This document shows, piece after piece, positions 9,415-21,099 of a DNA stretch of 64,000 nucleotides. Made by a program: the position numbers and the translations under genes. The notes below the pieces were generated by a model, which had not been told where the DNA came from, ran no database searches, and saw only the letters and a list, made by a program, of their open reading frames with translations. How positions within the stretch are numbered: position 1 is the first letter of the stretch; each line of letters opens with the position of its first letter. The stretch comes from Candidatus Latescibacterota bacterium. GTDB taxonomy: Bacteria; Latescibacterota; UBA2968; UBA8231. The DNA lies in the NCBI GenBank assembly GCA_965208105.1, contig OZ242318.1:3712001-3776000 (forward strand). The letters are read 5' to 3'.

Positions 9415-11155
9415 TTCGCTGTCGCCCGACCCTTCGACGGCGACGTTTACCGACGACGGGGCCTGGCACCGGTTCACGGTGCAGGCCGGCGAGGCGGTGT
9501 CGGTGGTGGCCAACCCGGAGGGGACCACCCCGCGCCTGAAGATCACCACCCGCAGCGTCGGGAGCAACTTCTGCCCGGCTGAAGCCGAAGACGACGTCTC
9601 GCGCCGGGACGGCCAGGCCGTCTACCTAGCCGGGTGCGCCACCGGCACGGCCACGGTAGAGCTGCAGCGGCGATCCGACGGCACGGTCCTGAACACCTAC
9701 ACCTTCGAGGTGACCGGCAGCCCGGCGGACCTCATTGTGGAGTCGGTCTCGGTCAGCGACAACACCCTGACGCCGGGGCAATCCTTCACGCTGAGCGCTA
9801 CCGTGCGCAACCAGGGCACGGGCCGGTCGGCGGCGACCACGCTGCGCTGGTACCTCTCGTCAGACACGAGAATCACCACGCAGGATACGGAAGTAGGCAC
9901 CGACCCAGTGACCGCCTTGGGGGGTTCCCGTACCAGTGCCAAGTCGATCCGCCTGACCGCGCCGTCGAGCGAAGGCACCTGGTACTACGGAGCCTGCGTG
10001 GTCAGCGTCACGGGCGAAAGCGTCGGGAACAACTGCTCCCTTGGTGTAAGGGTGATCGTCAAGGAGTACGACAGGGAGGAGATTCTCGTCTTTACTGACC
10101 CACAGATATACAACGACAACGTGTTTGTCTTGCCCGTTACAGAGAACCTCGCCGCCGGCAGTTTGCCACTGAAGGACTACGCGGCGCGTTTCTACGAGAA
10201 CTTCGACGATGCCTTCGATTTCCTGATAATCGTCACCAATTTGCCCGAAGCAGAGAGACCAGTCAGCTATATCGGCAGATATTTGCATGTGAAGAACGAT
10301 GTACAAGGGATTGGTCTATCGATTTTTTCTGACAATAGTAATTGGGGGTCGGCGGGAAAACTCCAAGGTGTGATCGATTTTCCGATCTATTCGACATATT
10401 ACAAGCTCGGACGCTCGGTCTTGTTCGAGGGGCCGACCTTGCACGAACTGATGCATCGGTGGGCAAACTTCATCGTGCCACCATACGAAGCGGCTATTGG
10501 CGCTCATTGGGGATTCACCAGCGTCAACGGTATACTTGGCGGGTTTGATATCGCCAATCTGGTGGACCATGGCGGCGGCCAGTACACCGCCGGAGACATT
10601 GGTGTCAACTTTAATACTGTTGGATGGGGCAACACACGACCATACAGCCCTATCGAGTTGTACTTGGCAGGTCTCATACCCCCAGAGGAGGTCCCTGACT
10701 TCTTGGTTGCAGAGGAGGGACAGTGGCTGCGCGGCGCGGACGGTCTAATCATAGAGGCCGGCAATGGGGAGCCGATATTTACCGCAAGTCGGCTCAAGAC
10801 CTATACGATAGAGGACATCATCGCCGAGCATGGACGACGCGATCCCGACCATTCGCAAGCGCAGAAGGATTTTCGCGCGGCAGTCATTCTGCTGATCGAT
10901 AAGGACCACTTGCCGACCCGAGGTATCCTAGAGACGCTGAGCGACGATATATCCTGGTTCAGTCATGTGGGCAATGTTGGAATCCGCTGGAACGATCGCT
11001 ATCAAGCATACAATTTCTACGAAGCAACCGGTGGCAGAGGCACAATCACCATGGACGAGCTGTCACATTTCCAACGCCGCGGGGGGAGTGCAAAAAGGCT
11101 TGCGCCGAGTTCGTTCGGAACGCCCCCACCGCCCATCGTGGATCATTGGGATTGA
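8087..11155 (+). CDS. Secreted multidomain protein: same head as 4393-7431, then a Cys-containing beta domain, a CARDB-like domain and an HExxH zinc-metallopeptidase-like domain
   Basis: Head repeat; DLIVESVSVS..LTPGQSFTLSATVRNQG (CARDB-like); LHELMHRW...HWG; RBS AAGGAG. Confidence 0.9.
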   Translation: MMRRIIGVLMVLCLVSGMQAGAEPLVEGRVRLASGEPAVGASVRLFDLADLRKWVGATTDEAGYFALPLRALPGAAALPERFALGPNYPNPFNPSTLIPYQLPVATHVRLEVFNVLGQRVATVVDGEQSAGFHTARWDATDAAGRAAAAGVYLYRLQAGGESITRRMVLIDGQAGLPRASSGGWAPAEAGPPETGIPVYGLTVSGEGLVPYVDPGFGLEAGRGPVDLVVEARADGPPAKVATEGTGGILGDVNNDGQVTMADALVVVIHHLDATLAAPNNGDISLGDVNADGRIDLTDALLIMTYSVNPNDPTLPEGIGGPVAEESPAPDGDLRYPEATPVAANSQTAGMLAGGETDYYRVTLSGPGTLVAYTTGGTDTYGYLEDNAGTVRDQNDDAVRGNRNFRVSAVVTAGTYYVRVRGFVASITGAYTLHVEFEPGETVASLSPDPSTATFTDDGAWHRFTVQAGEAVSVVANPEGTTPRLKITTRSVGSNFCPAEAEDDVSRRDGQAVYLAGCATGTATVELQRRSDGTVLNTYTFEVTGSPADLIVESVSVSDNTLTPGQSFTLSATVRNQGTGRSAATTLRWYLSSDTRITTQDTEVGTDPVTALGGSRTSAKSIRLTAPSSEGTWYYGACVVSVTGESVGNNCSLGVRVIVKEYDREEILVFTDPQIYNDNVFVLPVTENLAAGSLPLKDYAARFYENFDDAFDFLIIVTNLPEAERPVSYIGRYLHVKNDVQGIGLSIFSDNSNWGSAGKLQGVIDFPIYSTYYKLGRSVLFEGPTLHELMHRWANFIVPPYEAAIGAHWGFTSVNGILGGFDIANLVDHGGGQYTAGDIGVNFNTVGWGNTRPYSPIELYLAGLIPPEEVPDFLVAEEGQWLRGADGLIIEAGNGEPIFTASRLKTYTIEDIIAEHGRRDPDHSQAQKDFRAAVILLIDKDHLPTRGILETLSDDISWFSHVGNVGIRWNDRYQAYNFYEATGGRGTITMDELSHFQRRGGSAKRLAPSSFGTPPPPIVDHWD

Positions 11156-11384
11156 CCGCGAGAATCTGGACGGAAGGCTGAGGGGGTATTGTGACTGAAT
11201 TGGCTAATAATCATGGCCGTTGGAGGATCAGGCTGAGCAGCTACGATCAGAAACAGTAGGGGTCTTTGTGTACCGGCTGGTGACGAGCGAAGCCGTGCAG
11301 ACACGCGAGCTTACCGTGCTGCGGTAGTGCGGCTCCCATGAGGACGCCGGAACAAGGAGAAAGCCCCACCCACGTCCGCAGACG

Positions 11385-11771
11385 CGAACATGTAGCCCGG
11401 CGCTGGATGTCGGTGATTACGGAAGACCTGCCGGACTATGAATTCACTCAGGGCTGGTCGGGTACGTGCAACGGTCAGTCGTTTGAAAATCTCCGCCGGG
11501 GAGTGGATGGACGACCTGCGGATCTATTCGGGTCGCACTGGAGGACTCCCGTACTCGATGGGGAAGTCATGTTGTCGTACGGGGGAGGGGGGCGCGCTGA
11601 GCTCGATCACGGTTCAGTCCCTGGCCGACCTGGGCTACGGCGTCGATGGCTCTCAAGCTGACCCATATACCCTACCCGGTGCCGGAGCTTTTGTGCGGAG
11701 CCGGTCTCCAGCGGGGGCCGATTCACGTGGTCGACCCGCAGGGGCGCATCGTCCGTACCCTGGGCGACTGA
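11385..11771 (+). pseudogene. Orphan, frameshifted and internally deleted leishmanolysin-like (M8) peptidase module
   Basis: Pieces in different frames (VARRWMSVITEDLPD, DDLRIY, SHWRTPVLDGEVM, LSSITVQSLADLGYGVD..ADPYTLP, PIHVVDPQGRIVRTLGD*) parallel the M8 domain at 660-1483; the HExxH core is missing. Confidence 0.8.
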
Positions 11772-11822
11772 AAGGTATGGCAGGGCGCCAATGAATTCGC
11801 GGAATAGGAGGTCAGCCGCGCC

Positions 11823-11945
11823 TTAGTGATTCTGCCTGAGCCAGTCCAGCAGGCGGCCCAATTGTCCCACCAAGTAAAGCGGCAGCGAGAGCAAGGTCAT
11901 TTCCACGCTCTGTCGCGTCCCGCTCACCTGGTGCTGGATGGAGTT
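11823..11945 (-). pseudogene. Possible C-terminal fragment of an AAA+/DUF4143-type ATPase
   Basis: Minus-strand frame ends VEMTLLSLPLYLVGQLGRLLDWLRQNH*, resembling the LLSLPxYL C-terminus of that family (from memory). Confidence 0.4.
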
Positions 11946-12458
11946 GCTGGGTGAGCAAACGGGTTGTAAAGAATGCCAAGGAAGCTATGTAGCGGTATTC
12001 GCAGCCCTGGCCGAACGCGATCCAAATGTAGGCGTTCCCTCGGTCGGGGAAGCCCAAGATGAGATCCTGACTGAATTCGATCTTCGCGACCTCACACGTG
12101 GTCTCCAAACGAATTCGAGGATGGGCGTCAGGCGCGTCAGCTCATCGCGGAATGGTTTCGGTATTACAACAAAGATCGGCCTCTTTCCAGCCTGGCGGGG
12201 AACCGGACGCCGATGGAGGCCTGCACAGGTCGCCAAGGGGCATGAACGCGGGAGAAACGAGGTGAAACCTTGGCCAAGGCCGGGTGGTCTATCCCCTCAA
12301 CCAGCAAAATGACCATCCTGCCAAGTCGGAAAGGAGACCTCAGAGAAATCCAGAAAAAGCAGGACAGGGCAGCAAATCAACCAAAATGAATCCACCTGGA
12401 TCATGCTGCCAAGCTGTCCAAAGAACGGGGGTCCGCCTCAAAAAGTGGGTCAAGGCTG

Positions 12459-12944
12459 TTATTTTTTCGGGCGGACATACCAGCCAAGGCACCGTTCGAT
12501 TTGAGGATCATACACAACCCCGTATTCCATTTGCTGCCATTCTCCCAATCCATTTTGGAACTTGATCTTATTGCCATAATATTTCAATTTGCCCAATCTC
12601 TTGTCTCCCCACACGAACTTTGGAAACCTGGATTCGTACCAGGCGTCAGTCCATTTGTGGTCGTAATCGGCATAGGATTCTACTATATCGCTGCACTGAA
12701 CATTTACGGCCCTTGAGTGCTTATCTCCCCAGCATTGCAGGTCCTGGCGGCAATTCTGATCCTCAGTCCTTGCTTTCTCCGCCTCTGTTAAATTGGGCTC
12801 AATGGCCTGGAAGTTTTTTAGAGTAGGTCGAACCTTCGAAGCACGTGGTGGGGGCTCTTCGTTGTCTCCTACCATTATTTCGATAGTGCACATTCCCATT
12901 AAAAGGCAGAGCACGGCTCCTACGACCATTAAAAATCCGCCCAT
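12459..12944 (-). CDS. Hypothetical membrane-anchored Cys-containing protein (low GC, mobile-element-like)
   Basis: AGGAGG RBS, N-terminal hydrophobic helix, motifs CRQDLQCWGDKH and KIKFQNGLGEW. Confidence 0.7.
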   Translation of the reverse strand: MGGFLMVVGAVLCLLMGMCTIEIMVGDNEEPPPRASKVRPTLKNFQAIEPNLTEAEKARTEDQNCRQDLQCWGDKHSRAVNVQCSDIVESYADYDHKWTDAWYESRFPKFVWGDKRLGKLKYYGNKIKFQNGLGEWQQMEYGVVYDPQIERCLGWYVRPKK

Positions 12945-12975
12945 ATTGATTTCCTCCTATTTGGTGTCTCCCTTT

Positions 12976-13524
12976 GTCGAAATTGGCGATCACCTAGTCG
13001 TGCGCAATCAGATGGCGCCCCTCGGCATGGTCGCAGAACCAACCCGCCTCCTCGATCATCTCCCCGCTATGGCTGACCAGGGTGTTGTCGATGGCGATCA
13101 CCCCCTGCGCTGAATAGCGCCTCGAGGAATGACCCTGCAACCAGGCCAAACGATGTTCGTTGAGTTGTTCCACATCCCACGGCACCTGAGTAATCCAGAG
13201 GTTCAGGCAGGATGGATCCGTGGTCTGGGCAAACTCGGCGTTGATCGCCGAAACGTTCTTGCGCTCGGCTACCATCAGCCCGGTCAGATATTCGGCAAAG
13301 TGCCAGCGCTCCGGGGTGTCGGCGAACATCCAGCCGAACTCGTCCACGGCTTGCTCGGCGATCGTAGGAAAGGCAATAATACCTGGCGTGAACCCCTCTT
13401 ACAGCGTCAGGGGACGGGCAAGGCGGGGGAGGCCCTGCCTGGCAAATATACTCATGCGGGCGGTATTTCTGCTACCGAAAATCTGGACTCATCGGCAGAA
13501 AAAACTCATTTTGCAAAAGTCCAA
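12976..13524 (-). mobile_element. IS701-family-like transposase remnant (5' part only)
   Basis: HFAEYLTGLMVAERKNVSAIN...GVIAIDNTL; start mutated to ACG near 13388; in-frame TAG at 12994-12996, then truncation; candidate terminal IR TTGGACTTTTGCAAAAT at 13508-13524. Confidence 0.7.
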
Positions 13525-13542
13525 AGGGAAGGGCGGCGCCGG

Positions 13543-13571
13543 TTGACAGGTAATTTCACATTCCATAGGTT
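13543..13571 (+). promoter_or_regulatory. Putative sigma70 promoter of the clpC operon
   Basis: TTGACA-17 nt-TAGGTT. Confidence 0.5.
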
Positions 13572-13661
13572 CAAAATCCGGAGGGACTGCTTGGTCTCTC
13601 CGGGTCGGTTTTCAACTCACGGGTCCTGCGTTCGGGGGCGGCTCTCAGGAGGAATTTCCGG

Positions 13662-16133
<2,472 letters not shown>

Positions 16134-16238
16134 GCGTCTGCTTCAGAGACGTGGTGATGGCAACGGAGTGGGGAACGGCAGCCGCTTCATCGTGCAGATG
16201 AGGCGGCTGTTTGAGTGATCTGAAACAAGAGGTGCCCT

Positions 16239-18524
16239 ATGAAATACCGGAATGGAATCGGAGCGGGACTGGTGCTGGCGCTCTTCATGTGCAGCGCCGG
16301 AGATGCCCAGAAGGTGGTCGAGGTCGAGGTGCGGGGCCACTACAAGAAGGTCGCCGAGTCCCTGATCCTGTCCACCCTGGGCCTGGCCCCGGGGGTCGAA
16401 CTCTCGCAGGAGAACGTTCAGGCGGCGGTGCGCGAGCTGCAGGGGCTGGACGTATTCGAGGACATCCAGATCTGGGGGGAGCAGGTCGGCGGTGGAATGA
16501 AGCTGATCGTCGTGGTGGAGGAGTATCCCACCATGGAGGGCATGCGCTTCAAGGGGCACAAGCATGTCAAGGAGAAGGACATGCGCGAGGCCCTGGGATT
16601 TGCCGACGGCCAGGTGATCGCCTCCAGGGACATCGCCCGTGGCCGCCAGAAGATCCTCGACCTCTACAAGGACAAGGGCTATCTGCGCGCCGAGGTCGTC
16701 GGCCGGCTCTTCGACGCCGATGAGGAAGGCAGGGTCTACCTGCAGTACGACATAGAGGAGGGCGAGAAGGTAAAAATCAGAAAGATCAACATTGTGAACA
16801 ACCAGGCCTTCAGCGCCGGCAAGATCAGGAAGCAGATGGACACCAAGGAGAAGCGCTGGTGGCGCAAGGGCGAGTTCAAGGCCGAGACCTTTGCCGAGGA
16901 CAAGGAGAAGATCCTGGCCTTCTACAAGAGCAAGGGCTACTACCAGGCCACCATCGTGGGCGACAGCGTCTATTTCGACAGCACCAGGAAGAACCTCTTC
17001 ATCGACATCGAGGTGGACGAGGGCGGCCAGTACCGCCTGGGGCAGGTCGCCTGGGAAGGCAATTCTCTCTTCGACAACGAGGTCCTGGCCGACCAGATCA
17101 AGCTCGATGAAGGCGACACCTACAAGTACTCGGCTCCTGAGCTGGCCTACCTCGTGCGCACCGCCTATCTCGACAAGGGGTACCTCGACACCGAGGTGAT
17201 TCCGGAGGAGAAGCTGCGCGCCGACTCGGTGGACGTGCACTTCCGCATCTTCGAGGGGGAGCCCTGGAAGATCAGGCGGATCAACATCCGGGGAAATACC
17301 AAGACCCGGGAGAAGGTGATCCGCCGCGAGCTGGAGCTGCGCCCCGGAGACATCTACAAGCAGAACCTGGTGCAGGAGAGCCAGCGCCGCATCTACATGC
17401 TGAACTTCTTCAAGGACGTGCAGATCCAGCCCCAGTTCAGCCCCGGCGAAGCGGAGCGCCTGGTGGACCTCAATTTTCAGGTGGAGGAGCAGCCCACGGG
17501 GCAGGCCTCGATGGGGGCGGGATACAGCGACCGCGACAAGCTGGTGGGTCAGATCGGCCTGCGCATACCCAACCTGCGCGGCATGGGGCAGAACCTCGAC
17601 TTCAACTGGGAGTTCGGACTGCGGCGCAAGCAGTTCCTCATCAGTTTCACCGAGCCCTGGCTCTTCAATACTCCTACCAGCCTCTACACGCGCCTCTACA
17701 CCCTCAACCAGCAGTACTTCGACTACTACAACCGCCGCTCCAACTCCCTGAACGTGCGCATAGGACGCCGGCTCAAGCGCCCCGCCTATTCCACCCTTTC
17801 GGTGGGCTACCGCCTGCAGTCCAACCGCTACACTGATTTCCAGGCCGGGTTCGACCCGGTTCTGCGCAGCACCGGACGCTACGCGGCGATCATGACCAGC
17901 AGCTTCGAGATGATCTACCAGCGCGACACCCGCGATCTCGCCCAGTTTCCCACCAGGGGCACCCTGTTCAGCTACAGGCCGGAACTGGCCACCTCCTTCG
18001 TGGCCGGCGACGTGGATTTCCACAGCCACGAGGTGAAAGTCAACTACTACCGCCCGAGCTGGTGGAAATTCGTTCTCAGCCTGGAAACCAAGGTGGCGGT
18101 GATCGACGGGTTTTCCAGCTACGACGACAGCCACCTCTCCTTCTTCGATCTCTACTCGCCCGGAGGCATCGACTGGTGGGACGGGCAGGTGCGCGGCTAT
18201 CCCGACCGCTCCCTCGGACCGCGCCAGGCCGGCTACCCCATCGGCGGGCGCTCGATGATGGTGTTGAATCTCGAATACCGCTTTCCCATAGCCGAGCAGC
18301 AGGTGCATGGCCTGCTCTTCGCCGACGCGGGCAATGCCTGGGAGGACACCATGGGGCTCAGCCTCACCGACCTGCGGCGCTCGGTGGGCTTCGGCTTCCG
18401 GGTCATGACCCCCATGCTGGGGATGATCGGCTTCGACTTCGGCTACGGATTCGACCGCAGGAAGGTGGACGGCAAGTCCCCCGGGTGGAGCACGCACTTT
18501 CAGTTCGGACCGCAATTCTACTAA
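16239..18524 (+). CDS. bamA: Outer-membrane protein assembly factor BamA
   Basis: Signal peptide, POTRA repeats, GNTKTREKVIRREL, VRGY motif, aromatic C-terminus. Confidence 0.95.
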   Translation: MKYRNGIGAGLVLALFMCSAGDAQKVVEVEVRGHYKKVAESLILSTLGLAPGVELSQENVQAAVRELQGLDVFEDIQIWGEQVGGGMKLIVVVEEYPTMEGMRFKGHKHVKEKDMREALGFADGQVIASRDIARGRQKILDLYKDKGYLRAEVVGRLFDADEEGRVYLQYDIEEGEKVKIRKINIVNNQAFSAGKIRKQMDTKEKRWWRKGEFKAETFAEDKEKILAFYKSKGYYQATIVGDSVYFDSTRKNLFIDIEVDEGGQYRLGQVAWEGNSLFDNEVLADQIKLDEGDTYKYSAPELAYLVRTAYLDKGYLDTEVIPEEKLRADSVDVHFRIFEGEPWKIRRINIRGNTKTREKVIRRELELRPGDIYKQNLVQESQRRIYMLNFFKDVQIQPQFSPGEAERLVDLNFQVEEQPTGQASMGAGYSDRDKLVGQIGLRIPNLRGMGQNLDFNWEFGLRRKQFLISFTEPWLFNTPTSLYTRLYTLNQQYFDYYNRRSNSLNVRIGRRLKRPAYSTLSVGYRLQSNRYTDFQAGFDPVLRSTGRYAAIMTSSFEMIYQRDTRDLAQFPTRGTLFSYRPELATSFVAGDVDFHSHEVKVNYYRPSWWKFVLSLETKVAVIDGFSSYDDSHLSFFDLYSPGGIDWWDGQVRGYPDRSLGPRQAGYPIGGRSMMVLNLEYRFPIAEQQVHGLLFADAGNAWEDTMGLSLTDLRRSVGFGFRVMTPMLGMIGFDFGYGFDRRKVDGKSPGWSTHFQFGPQFY

Positions 18525-18719
18525 GGCTCCGCGGGACGGACCGCGGCGCCCGCCGCGATGTCCGGACCGGATCCCTGAAACCCCTGGCGAAAATTCTCGC
18601 ACGGACGGGACCCTTCAGAACGGGGACCCCGGGATGGTCCTCCTCCCGGCTCCGGTGGCCGGGGCCGGGTTGGAAAGGAATCGCGGGCTCCCCTTTTTTG
18701 GTTTCGAAAAGGAGACACC

Positions 18720-19268
18720 ATGAAACGAACCGCCCTTTACCTCATGGCCCTGGCACTGGTCTTCCAGTCTGCCCCGGTGCAGGCCGAATTGAAGGTGGGC
18801 TACATCGATTCGGACGTGGTCAAGGACCGCCTGCCCGAGTTCAGAGAGTCCCAGCGCAAGCTCGATCAGCTGCTCCAGGAGTACGAGCGCGAATCCACCG
18901 ACCGCCAGAGCAAACTGGTCAAGCTGCAGCAGGATTTCCAGAGACAGGAGCTTCTGATGAGCGAAGCCCGAAGGGAGCAATTGCAGTCGGAGCTGGATGA
19001 GGAGATTCGCCTGCTGCAGGATTTCAACGTGCAGAAATTCGGGCCCGAAGGGGATTTGGTGCGCAAGAACATCGAACTGTCCGGACCCATTTTCGAGCAG
19101 GTCAACAGGGCGCTGCAGGCCATCGGCAGGGAGGACGGCTACGACTTCATCTTCGACGTCGCCGGCACCGGAGCGATCGTTTTCGTCGCCGAGGGGAAGT
19201 TCAATCTGACCGAGCGCCTATTGAGCCGTCTCGAGGAAGAACGCGAAGAACGGGAGAAGGGAAAATGA
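18720..19268 (+). CDS. skp: OmpH/Skp periplasmic chaperone
   Basis: Signal peptide, KVGYIDSD, coiled coil, GYDFIFD; follows bamA. Confidence 0.92.
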   Translation: MKRTALYLMALALVFQSAPVQAELKVGYIDSDVVKDRLPEFRESQRKLDQLLQEYERESTDRQSKLVKLQQDFQRQELLMSEARREQLQSELDEEIRLLQDFNVQKFGPEGDLVRKNIELSGPIFEQVNRALQAIGREDGYDFIFDVAGTGAIVFVAEGKFNLTERLLSRLEEEREEREKGK

Positions 19269-19717
19269 CGACTGCTGCGCCCCCCTATTCTGTGGAAGCC
19301 ATTAAGGAGGTTTTGCCCCACCGCCACCCCATGCTGCTGCTGGACCGGGTCGATGAGCTGGTGCCCGGGGAACGCATCGTTGCCTGCAAGAACGTGAGCG
19401 CCAACGAGCCATTCTTCCAGGGGCACTTCCCGACCTTCGCGGTCATGCCCGGGGTGCTGATCCTGGAGGCCCTGGCCCAGGCCGGAGCCTTCATGATGCT
19501 GAAGAGCTTCGACGATCCCTCCGGCAAGGTGCCGCTCTTCGCCGGGATCGACCGGGCGAGGTTCAGGAGGCAGGTGGTCCCGGGCGATCAGCTCCGGCTC
19601 GAGTTGAGCGTGCTGCGCCGGCGGGGAGCATCGTGCAAGCTTTCCGCCAAAGCCTTCGTGGGCGATGAGGTGGCCGCCGAGGCGGAGATTCTGGCCTTCG
19701 TCGGCGATGCCGCTTGA
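19265..19717 (+). CDS. fabZ: 3-hydroxyacyl-ACP dehydratase FabZ
   Basis: LPHRHPMLLLDRV, FFQGHFP..VMPGVLILEALAQ. Confidence 0.95.
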   Translation: MTTAAPPYSVEAIKEVLPHRHPMLLLDRVDELVPGERIVACKNVSANEPFFQGHFPTFAVMPGVLILEALAQAGAFMMLKSFDDPSGKVPLFAGIDRARFRRQVVPGDQLRLELSVLRRRGASCKLSAKAFVGDEVAAEAEILAFVGDAA

Positions 19718-19725
19718 AGGGCGCC

Positions 19726-20856
19726 TCAGGGTCTTCTGGGAAGGAAGAAGGCGAGCACGGCGGGACAGATGGACGACAGGGAAAGGTACTTGAGTGTCTG
19801 CGCCACCCCGATGTGGTCGGCGGCGTAGCCGATCAGGGGCAGGGTGAGGCTGGCCACCCCCCAGCTGAATCCCAGCGGCAGGCTGGAGGCCAGGCTCGAG
19901 TTGTCGGGGGAGAGTTCCTGTGCCATGGCCACCAGCACCGAGTTGGAGGCCATGATCATGCCGCCGCCGGCGACCAGAAAAAGGTATCCCATGGCTCCAT
20001 CGGCATGGACGTAGCCGTAGAGGGCCGGGGCGGCCAGGAAGATCGAGCCCCAGACCAGCGGCCTGGGGTCCACGCGGTCGGCCAGGTAGCCCACGATCAG
20101 ACTGCCGACAACTCCCGAGATATTGTAGACAGCCAGGGGGACCGCTCCCTCCACCAGGGAGAGGCCGCGCTCCCTGCCGAGCAAGGTCAGGTAGAAGGCG
20201 AATCCCATGGCGGTGATCGAGCGCAGGACCACCACCAGGGTTATCAGCAGGAGCGGAAGGGCCTTCGGCCCCAGGCTTGCCCACAGGGAAGTGGTCCTGC
20301 TGCGGCGGGCGCCGGGATTGTCCATGGGAATGAATTTGATCAGCAGGAAGGCGGTCACGAGTCCGGGCAGGGCGACAAACGGCAGGTGCTCCAGACCGAA
20401 CCGGGTGACGTAGTAGGAAGCCCAGAGAGGAGTCAGTCCCAGGCCCATGGTTCCGCCGAAGATGAAGAGGGCCAGGCCGAAGGAGCGGCGGTGGCCGCTC
20501 AGCTCACCGGCCATGGAAAAGGACTGTGGGTGAAAGGCGGATACGCCCAGGCCTGCCAGGGCGAGGACTAGGACGAGGACGGCGTAGTTCGGCGCAATGC
20601 CGAGGAGAGGGCTGAAGAGAGCCGCCAGGAGGGCGCCGGCGACGACGAGGTAGCGCCGGGACATGCGGTCCGCCCACAGGCCCATGAGGGGCTGGCTCAG
20701 GTTGCACAGGGAGGTGATGGTGCCGAGGAACCCGGCAAAGGCCAGACTCAGCCCGAGACGCTCGTTGACCAGGGGAAGCAGCGGGGCCAGAAGGGTGGCG
20801 TAGCTGTCGACGCAGAAGTGGGACAGGGTCGCCAGGAATAGACGGGATTTCTGCAT
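19726..20856 (-). CDS. MFS transporter (Fsr-like)
   Basis: About 12 hydrophobic helices; HFCVDSY, QPLMGLWADR, AFHPQ. Confidence 0.9.
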   Translation of the reverse strand: MQKSRLFLATLSHFCVDSYATLLAPLLPLVNERLGLSLAFAGFLGTITSLCNLSQPLMGLWADRMSRRYLVVAGALLAALFSPLLGIAPNYAVLVLVLALAGLGVSAFHPQSFSMAGELSGHRRSFGLALFIFGGTMGLGLTPLWASYYVTRFGLEHLPFVALPGLVTAFLLIKFIPMDNPGARRSRTTSLWASLGPKALPLLLITLVVVLRSITAMGFAFYLTLLGRERGLSLVEGAVPLAVYNISGVVGSLIVGYLADRVDPRPLVWGSIFLAAPALYGYVHADGAMGYLFLVAGGGMIMASNSVLVAMAQELSPDNSSLASSLPLGFSWGVASLTLPLIGYAADHIGVAQTLKYLSLSSICPAVLAFFLPRRP

Positions 20857-21009
20857 GGGGATCCGGTTGGGATGAAGCTGCCAGTGCGGTTCGGCCGGGA
20901 GCCGGGGCCGCCGTGGCGGTGCCGCGGGGCCTGAGGCGAGGACGGGTCTCTCGCGGGCCTCGGGTTGGTCCCCGATGCCCCATGCCGTGAAATTGGGCTC
21001 GACAAGGGA

Positions 21010-21076
21010 CGAGGCAGAGGACGGCAGAGCGCGGTTGGGTACCGGGCCCCCGGCCGCTCTTCCGTCCTCTGCCTCG
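21010..21076. terminator. Long GC-rich hairpin downstream of the FAH gene (terminator or processing stem)
   Basis: CGAGGCAGAGGACGG (21010-21024) pairs perfectly with CCGTCCTCTGCCTCG (21062-21076); no clear U-tract. Confidence 0.5.
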
Positions 21077-21099
21077 CAGTCGGTTATCCAGGCCCCGGT

